Shown piece after piece: positions 1 to 4,217 of a stretch of 4,217 bases of DNA. The stretch covers positions 1-4,217 of the IMG/VR virus record IMGVR_UViG_2609459830_000018; one strand, 5' to 3'. The DNA comes from a virus. Lineage: Duplodnaviria > Heunggongvirae > Uroviricota > Caudoviricetes. Position numbers and translations under genes: made by a program. The notes beneath the pieces were generated by a model. It searched no databases. It was not told the origin of the DNA and saw only the letters and a program-made list of their open reading frames with translations. Positions within the stretch are counted from its first letter, which is position 1. Each line of letters opens with the position of its first letter.

Positions 1-280
<280 letters not shown>

Positions 281-513
281 CCACTACACTTTTCAGCGTG
301 GGTTATTGAAGCCTGCAGAAGAAGGCTGGCAACAGATGCAACGCATCTGCGTACGGCCAGCATGACAAATAACGAGAAATGAACGTTCGGTTACAGGAGC
401 AGGTACCCACTGTCCTCCAACAATATTTCATCTTCATACCCGGCGGAACAAGACTTACCCAGCCGGGATGTACAGAATAACAACAGAGTGATAATTAATT
501 TCTGATGAAATAA

Positions 514-840
514 TCAGGGTGCAGAAGGACTAAAGATAAACGTTTTCTTCACGCCTTTACGCGGCCTGTCCTTCTCAAATCGCCATTTTGCCATCGCCTT
601 TACAACCTGCTCATCAAACAGATGGTGCGGCTCTGAACGGATAAACTCAATTCGGGTGACAGTACCATCAGCACCAATATCAAACTTCACATCAACCCGT
701 CCCTTTATATAATTTGCCGCTGCATAGGCCGGATATTGTGGTAATGCCTTCACCAATTGTCGGGGCATATCTGTTTTATGTTGCGTACAGCCCATAACCA
801 GAGAAGACAACAAAATAATTAACGGAAGATTTCTTTTCAT
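514..840 (-). CDS. Outer-membrane lipoprotein consisting of a TonB C-terminal-domain-like fold (about 108 aa)
   Basis: Minus-strand ORF. N-terminus MKRNLPLIILLSSLVMGC has a basic n-region, hydrophobic core and lipobox-like VMGC with Thr at +2. The mature part ...LPQYPAYAAANYIKGRVDVKFDIGADGTVTRIEFIRSEPHHLFDEQVVKAMAKWRFE matches the remembered TonB_C motif pattern (YP..A....I.G.V.V.F.I...G.V.......S.......D..V..A...WRF). Start chosen at ATG 840 (GGGAA 5 nt upstream); in-frame alternatives are ATG 846 and GTG 855. Confidence 0.65.
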   Translation of the reverse strand: MKRNLPLIILLSSLVMGCTQHKTDMPRQLVKALPQYPAYAAANYIKGRVDVKFDIGADGTVTRIEFIRSEPHHLFDEQVVKAMAKWRFEKDRPRKGVKKTFIFSPSAP

Positions 841-856
841 TTTCATTCCCGGCACA

Positions 857-877
857 GATAAGAATAAGTCTTATTCT
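857..877 (-). promoter_or_regulatory. Perfect AT-rich dyad (AGAATAAG-T-CTTATTCT, 861-877) overlapping a candidate -10 (TAGAAT, minus strand 878..873) just upstream of the lipoprotein gene; possible operator, loosely Fur-box-like
   Basis: Directly visible 8-1-8 perfect inverted repeat 11-31 nt upstream of the start codon. By hand alignment the 19 nt at 857-875 (GATAAGAATAAGTCTTATT) match the Fur consensus GATAATGATAATCATTATC at 13 of 19 positions. The -35 is weak. Confidence 0.35.
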
Positions 878-1178
878 AACAATGCCACCCTGTCGGTCAT
901 CAATCCTCTGCTTGATGGCAACGACAATTATCCGACTTAAATCACAAATCAGACACATAACAGGGCTTGCGAGGTAACACATCGTCCGGCTTCTTCCACC
1001 ATCGCACCGGACAGGCGACTATGAGGGGCAACGCCGCGCTCCGTTAACGCGGTAAACCCCGGTGTGTATCGTTTTTGATTATCCCCGCACACTCGCGAAG
1101 AGGAGTCTCCCGGTCGGGCTGCGGTCTCTGTTAATGCGGGAATACGGCGACAATACCGCGCATGGATAATAAGGTCGC

Positions 1179-1403
1179 TCAACACACTGGCTGTAATGCA
1201 GCGGATACCATGCGGCATTTAGCGGCATTCATCGTACACTCAACGGTTAGCTCTTCATTCGTGGCATTCACCTGAAAGGTCCGGGAGTGTAATTGCGTAC
1301 ATTTACCACTGAACGAACCTTCAACAAGAACACGACCACGCTGCAAAATACGGAACAGAATTGTTCCCTGAAAAGGCTTTACGGTTACCAGTAATTTCTT
1401 CAT
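1179..1403 (-). CDS. Hypothetical 74-aa protein, translationally coupled to Rz (ATGA overlap)
   Basis: ATG at 1403..1401 overlaps the Rz TGA stop (1402..1400). GGAGGA sits immediately upstream. No hydrophobic segment and no domain I recognise. Confidence 0.45.
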   Translation of the reverse strand: MKKLLVTVKPFQGTILFRILQRGRVLVEGSFSGKCTQLHSRTFQVNATNEELTVECTMNAAKCRMVSAALQPVC

Positions 1404-1900
1404 ATATCCTCCGGATAATAAAAAGCCAGCTTAGTGCACTGAGTGCGGATATATTCCTGCGCCCCTTCCAGCTGCTTCTGCATTGTCATCAACCGTTCTC
1501 TGAGGATGAAATAATCCCGTTCAGCGGTGTCTGCCAGTCGGGGGCCGGTTGCATTATCCACGCCGGAGGTGGTGGGGGCTTCACGCACGGAGCCTGGACA
1601 GGTGGCGTTGATCCGCAGGCGCTTACGACCAGCGGCAACGTCAGCGCGAAGAGTTTCATTTTCAGCTCTCGCATCGGCTAATTCCCTCGAGTATTTTGCA
1701 TCGAGCGCAGCAACATCGCGCTGGCGCACCTGCATATCAGTAATGGTTGCGTTCGCCAGCTTCAGTTCACTGGCTTTGTTATCGCGCTGCGCTTTGTAGG
1801 TAATCGCGTTATCACGGTAATGGTCTGTTGCCATCCACAGCGCACCACAGGCCACCAGCAGAATAACGATAAACGCGGAAAGCATTCGGTTTATGTTCAC
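1400..1900 (-). CDS. Rz: i-spanin (Rz), inner-membrane spanin subunit
   Basis: Translation ...[45 protein letters not shown]...VAAGRKRL...[34 protein letters not shown]... is near-collinear with lambda Rz as I remember it. N-terminal TM segment present. GTG start at 1900 overlaps the upstream ORF's TGA (GTGA); ATG 1885 is an alternative. Confidence 0.9.
   Translation of the reverse strand: MNINRMLSAFIVILLVACGALWMATDHYRDNAITYKAQRDNKASELKLANATITDMQVRQRDVAALDAKYSRELADARAENETLRADVAAGRKRLRINATCPGSVREAPTTSGVDNATGPRLADTAERDYFILRERLMTMQKQLEGAQEYIRTQCTKLAFYYPEDI
1489..1674 (-). CDS. Rz1: o-spanin (Rz1), outer-membrane lipoprotein, embedded in the +1 frame of Rz
   Basis: Translation [61 protein letters not shown] has a lipobox (VSAC) and the proline-rich [26 protein letters not shown] core characteristic of lambda Rz1. 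It lies entirely inside Rz in another frame, the classic embedded architecture. Confidence 0.9.
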   Translation of the reverse strand: MRELKMKLFALTLPLVVSACGSTPPVQAPCVKPPPPPAWIMQPAPDWQTPLNGIISSSENG

Positions 1901-2028
1901 CCCAGCAGCCCCGACGAAGACAACATCATCCAGGCCATGGAAAGAAAAAGAGCAACCAGCATTAGTGAAAATGAAATGCCGACAATTACACAGAGGATCT
2001 TCGCCAGCGTTATGAGTTTGTCTGACAT
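1897..2028 (-). CDS. Small single-pass membrane protein (43 aa), function unknown
   Basis: ATG 2028..2026 is preceded by a strong SD (GGAGGA, 6-nt spacer). The stop TGA overlaps the Rz GTG start. Product [43 protein letters not shown] is dominated by one hydrophobic helix. Confidence 0.55.
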   Translation of the reverse strand: MSDKLITLAKILCVIVGISFSLMLVALFLSMAWMMLSSSGLLG

Positions 2029-2042
2029 GCTTAATCCTCCCT

Positions 2043-2225
2043 TCACGATTTCAACGCAATGACCAGTTTTGCCAGCCCATACAGCATCGGGGACACAGCA
2101 ACACCGACCGCCACCCACTTAATGGCAAAAGCCAGTGCTCTGCTGATGTCATCAGTTACAGGCGCTTTCAGTTCAAGGCCGTTTTTCATGGTCAACCTCA
2201 ACAGAATTCGTTTATACTTCGCCAT
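2043..2225 (-). CDS. Small membrane protein (60 aa) with basic N-terminal region and C-terminal hydrophobic helix, function unknown
   Basis: ATG 2225..2223 is preceded by AGGGAG. Product [60 protein letters not shown]. Stop is 14 nt upstream of the next gene's start. Confidence 0.5.
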   Translation of the reverse strand: MAKYKRILLRLTMKNGLELKAPVTDDISRALAFAIKWVAVGVAVSPMLYGLAKLVIALKS

Positions 2226-2258
2226 GTTCTCCCTTGCCTTACTCAAGGTCAGAAACAC

Positions 2259-2296
2259 AAAACCCCGCTTGGTGCCAACAAACGGGGTTTTTACTT
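2259..2296. terminator. Bidirectional rho-independent terminator between the endolysin gene and the small membrane protein genes
   Basis: AAAACCCCG (2259-2267) pairs with CGGGGTTTT (2283-2291), with an inner TTGG/CCAA pairing. It is followed by a T-run on the plus strand (TTTTTACTTTTATT) and on the minus strand (TTTTGTGTTTCT). Confidence 0.6.
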
Positions 2297-2381
2297 TTAT
2301 TCACTTACGTTTCGCCAGTTCGCAGGATTTCATGTTATCCGCCCGCGTGGCCATGCCTTATTTTTCAGCAAAATATTCTGC

Positions 2382-2915
2382 TTATCTGTCGATACCCCAG
2401 CACGCCAGCGCGCTCTCCTGGTCACGACGGGATACCTGACCGTAGCAGTTGTTTGAACGAATACGGCAGTCTCTGCCACCGTCCTTAATCCACCAGCGAA
2501 TCGCCTCACATGCTCCCCTGCGATCACCAGCATTAATTCGTCTGTAAAACGTCGACGGGAAACACTTACCGGGACCAATGTTGTACGGACAGAATGACGC
2601 GATCCCCGCTTTCTGGGGTTCGGTCAATGGCACTTTGATGTTTTTCTCCACCCATGCCAGCGCCTTATCACGTTCGATGGCGTTAACCTGGTCGCATTTC
2701 TCCTTCGACAACTTCATGCCCGGGACGACAGGTTTACCATCCACCAGAATGGCACCGCGACAGATGGTCCAGATACCCGCGCCATCACGGTATGCCGTGG
2801 TGTGGTTACCTTCCTTTTCATCCAGAAACTGGTCGAGAATGTCAGGCGCAGGCGCACCAGCGGCAATCAGCGCCAGAACGGCAGCCGACAGGCCGTATTT
2901 GATTTTGGTGTTCAT
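2382..2915 (-). CDS. R: Phage lysozyme (T4-lysozyme-like muramidase) with N-terminal SAR (signal-anchor-release) type domain
   Basis: N-terminus MNTKIKYGLSAAVLALIAAGAPAPD is a Gly/Ala-rich weakly hydrophobic segment. Catalytic-triad context E..(8)..D..(5)..T is present in EGNHTTAYRDGAGIWTICRG. Overall collinearity with P1 Lyz / phage 21 R type endolysins as remembered. Paired with a pinholin upstream. Confidence 0.88.
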   Translation of the reverse strand: MNTKIKYGLSAAVLALIAAGAPAPDILDQFLDEKEGNHTTAYRDGAGIWTICRGAILVDGKPVVPGMKLSKEKCDQVNAIERDKALAWVEKNIKVPLTEPQKAGIASFCPYNIGPGKCFPSTFYRRINAGDRRGACEAIRWWIKDGGRDCRIRSNNCYGQVSRRDQESALACWGIDR

Positions 2916-2951
2916 GGATATATTAAATATTCAGCCGCTGTCCCTGGCCCA

Positions 2952-3509
2952 CTAAATACGCACTTTAAGATAAGTCAGCCCCGGATGAAGCCAGTAAGCC
3001 GGCACTTTTTTAAAGGGGGGAGTATTAAAATCACGAAGAAGAGCCTCCCGCACAATTGCATCCTTATCAGCACCACTGGCCAGCGCTTCAATCTCAGCGG
3101 CTACCTGAAGATATCCCATGCAACGGCCAACGCGCTTCATCAGCCCCTGCTTTTTATTGTTCTTCAGGTAATCAATGGCAAATTCAATGAGCTCCTCACT
3201 GTGCTGGTGCAATGGAGGTGTTACTTTCCCATTTTCTGAGATGGTTATTTTCCCGGCATCACCGGATACAACAAAGGATGGCCGGTTACACTCCCATTCC
3301 AGGTTACTGAAATTATCATTATGAATACTGAAACACTCTGAGAGATTTCTGCTCATCACTTTCCGACAATAATCGTCAAACGCAGCAAACTGCTCATCGC
3401 GGCGTTTTTTTTCATCTTCAGAAGGCATCAGCGTCGACAGTTTTTTATTCAGTTCAGCAATTTCATTTTCCAGACGACTGAAGCGCTGATTCATTTCTTC
3501 ATGGTTCAT
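2952..3509 (-). CDS. Hypothetical soluble protein (about 185 aa) inserted between holin and endolysin genes
   Basis: ATG 3509..3507 has GGGGAG 8 nt upstream. The ORF begins 4 nt after the holin stop and ends 36 nt before the endolysin start. N-terminal about 45 residues are charged and heptad-like (coiled-coil-like). No TM segment or signal peptide by eye. No family recognised. Confidence 0.6.
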   Translation of the reverse strand: MNHEEMNQRFSRLENEIAELNKKLSTLMPSEDEKKRRDEQFAAFDDYCRKVMSRNLSECFSIHNDNFSNLEWECNRPSFVVSGDAGKITISENGKVTPPLHQHSEELIEFAIDYLKNNKKQGLMKRVGRCMGYLQVAAEIEALASGADKDAIVREALLRDFNTPPFKKVPAYWLHPGLTYLKVRI

Positions 3510-3512
3510 CAC

Positions 3513-3719
3513 CTAATCTCCCCGGGCAGCCTTGCGACGGTCCTCTCTGATTTTGAAATACAGGTTAGTCAGATACGTCAGCAGGCCAAACAGCAGACTC
3601 CCCAGCACACCTATCGCCACCCACTGGGACGGAGAGACTTTGTCCAGCAGCTGCAGTAACCAGTATCCCGTCCCCACCGCTGACGTGGTGTATGACACAC
3701 CCGTTGTGATTTTTTCCAT
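3513..3719 (-). CDS. S: Class II holin (pinholin), phage-21 S-like
   Basis: Product [68 protein letters not shown] (68 aa, two hydrophobic segments, charged C-tail) is near-identical in pattern to the S21/EssD pinholin as I remember it. Sits directly upstream of the lysozyme and spanins. Confidence 0.85.
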   Translation of the reverse strand: MEKITTGVSYTTSAVGTGYWLLQLLDKVSPSQWVAIGVLGSLLFGLLTYLTNLYFKIREDRRKAARGD

Positions 3720-3764
3720 CTGATGTATGTCTCCGTCACCGCCGACAGAAAATGAAAGTAAAGG

Positions 3765-3799
3765 AAAACAAAAAGCCGCCAGTGTCGCCCACTGACGGC
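3765..3799 (-). terminator. tR'-like rho-independent terminator in the late leader upstream of the holin
   Basis: On the minus strand GCCGTCAGTG-ggcga-CACTGGCGGC (10-bp stem with one G-U pair) is followed by TTTTTGTTTTCC, about 45 nt upstream of the holin ATG. The position matches the lambdoid pR'-tR'-S arrangement. Confidence 0.55.
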
Positions 3800-3863
3800 C
3801 AACGCCGGGAGCCGTGATTATGGCATTCAGGCTCTGCTAAAAATGCCAGATAACATTCCGGCT

Positions 3864-3872
3864 CCCCCCCCC
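3864..3872. repeat. Homopolymeric C9 (G9 on the coding strand of the late operon) tract in the late leader
   Basis: Nine consecutive C residues read directly from the sequence, between the candidate late promoter and the tR'-like terminator. Confidence 0.9.
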
Positions 3873-3880
3873 TGATTCAG

Positions 3881-3907
3881 GTTATAAATGACACAATATC
3901 TTGACAA
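3881..3907 (-). promoter_or_regulatory. Candidate late promoter (pR'-like): -35 TTGTCA (3907..3902), -10 TATAAC (3886..3881), 15-nt spacer
   Basis: Best sigma70-like hexamer pair on the minus strand between the upstream ORF and the tR'-like terminator. The spacer is short, so the assignment is weak. Confidence 0.25.
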
Positions 3908-3977
3908 CACCCATCACTGTCTGTCAGAAAATGTACTGCCAGATATAAGTATCATGTGAAACCCAACTATCCTTCTT

Positions 3978-4020
3978 AGCCAGTACTTCTCCGACGAAAG
4001 TCAGTACTGGCTGTTTTTTT
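3978..4020 (+). terminator. Plus-strand rho-independent terminator facing into the 3' end of the upstream minus-strand ORF
   Basis: AGCCAGTACT (3978-3987) pairs with AGTACTGGCT (4003-4012), a perfect 10-bp stem with 15-nt loop, followed by G+T7 (4013-4020). The minus-strand side lacks a T-run. Confidence 0.5.
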
Positions 4021-4021
4021 A

Positions 4022-4217
4022 TTATGCTGCCGGTGCATTTATCTCCAGCACCAGACTTTCTATCTCAACGCCATACGCTGCATTTTTTGTAACATCCGTC
4101 AGCGTCAGCGCATTCAGCCCCAGTGTCAGACTGTCTTTTATAACCTGGAATGCCGGGCCAGCCACTCCATTCAGTTTCGGAGTAACCGTGGCACTGCCGG
4201 CGGTGAACACCAGCTCC
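4022..4217 (-). CDS. 3' end of an unidentified protein-coding gene (continues beyond the right edge of the window)
   Basis: Minus-strand frame is open to the window edge, ending ...ELVFTAGSATVTPKLNGVAGPAFQVIKDSLTLGLNALTLTDVTKNAAYGVEIESLVLEINAPAA with stop TAA at 4024..4022. Composition is protein-like and rich in small/beta-favouring residues. It does not look like a Cys-rich Q antiterminator tail. Confidence 0.4.
   Translation of the reverse strand, partial: ELVFTAGSATVTPKLNGVAGPAFQVIKDSLTLGLNALTLTDVTKNAAYGVEIESLVLEINAPAA

Noticed and set aside
776-982. Minus-strand 68-aa ORF overlapping the lipoprotein start
   Set aside because: Overlaps the lipoprotein signal-peptide coding region out of frame and covers its promoter/operator; no start context.
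1039-1139. Imperfect direct repeat CTCYGTTAAYGCGG at 1039-1052 and 1126-1139
   Set aside because: Only 12 of 14 identical; by rough estimate such a pair has about a 1-in-10 chance of occurring somewhere in a 300-bp GC-rich segment, so it is not significant alone.
949-1218. Minus-strand 89-aa ORF in the GC-rich spacer
   Set aside because: Arg/Cys-rich low-complexity translation, no SD, overlaps the 3' end of the 74-aa ORF in another frame; most likely a chance ORF in GC-rich DNA, though a degraded gene cannot be excluded.
1361-1799. Plus-strand ORFs 1361..1681 and 1527..1799
   Set aside because: They lie antisense to the well-supported Rz/Rz1 genes, have low-complexity Arg/Ala/Ser-rich translations and no ribosome-binding sites; shadow ORFs.
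1820-2062. Plus-strand 80-aa ORF 1820..2062
   Set aside because: Antisense to the Rz start and the 43-aa membrane protein gene; no SD; shadow ORF.
1897-2118. Long form of the 73-aa ORF starting at 2118 (MGGGRCCC...)
   Set aside because: The upstream extension is Cys/Gly-rich and overlaps the 3' end of the neighbouring small gene; the internal ATG at 2028 has a strong GGAGGA SD, so the short 43-aa form is preferred.
2330-2578. Minus-strand ORF 2330..2578
   Set aside because: Out-of-frame overlap with the 3' end of the endolysin gene; Arg-rich translation.
2059-3239. Plus-strand ORFs 2059..2439, 2234..2488, 2578..2955 and 2802..3239
   Set aside because: Antisense to the endolysin, the 185-aa ORF and the small membrane protein genes; translations are not protein-like; no start context.
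3532-3802. ORFs 3532..3723 (+) and 3611..3802 (-)
   Set aside because: Both overlap the pinholin gene or its leader in other frames and are explained by the holin coding sequence; the minus-strand one runs through the tR'-like terminator.
3901-3906. Consensus TTGACA hexamer on the plus strand as a -35
   Set aside because: No acceptable -10 at 16-19 bp downstream on the plus strand; the same bases more plausibly form the minus-strand -35 (TTGTCA) of the candidate late promoter.

Overview
The window reads as the late/lysis region of a lambdoid (phage-21-like) prophage on the minus strand, with an IS3-family transposase fragment on the plus strand at the left edge. Reading the minus strand from high to low coordinates: a partial upstream ORF (ends 4022), a leader region with a tR'-like terminator and a G9 homopolymer, a class II pinholin (3513-3719), an unrecognised 185-aa soluble ORF wedged between holin and endolysin (2952-3509), a SAR-type phage lysozyme (2382-2915), a bidirectional terminator, two tiny single-pass membrane protein ORFs (2043-2225, 1897-2028), the Rz/Rz1 spanin pair (1400-1900 with embedded 1489-1674), a translationally coupled 74-aa ORF (1179-1403), a GC-rich ORF-poor spacer, and a lipid-anchored TonB-C-terminal-domain-like lipoprotein (514-840) preceded by a perfect AT-rich dyad. 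The canonical holin/endolysin/spanin genes are well supported. The accessory ORFs interleaved with them and the TonB_C lipoprotein are the candidates for undescribed function. All similarity statements come from reading the translations against remembered family sequences; no database search was run.
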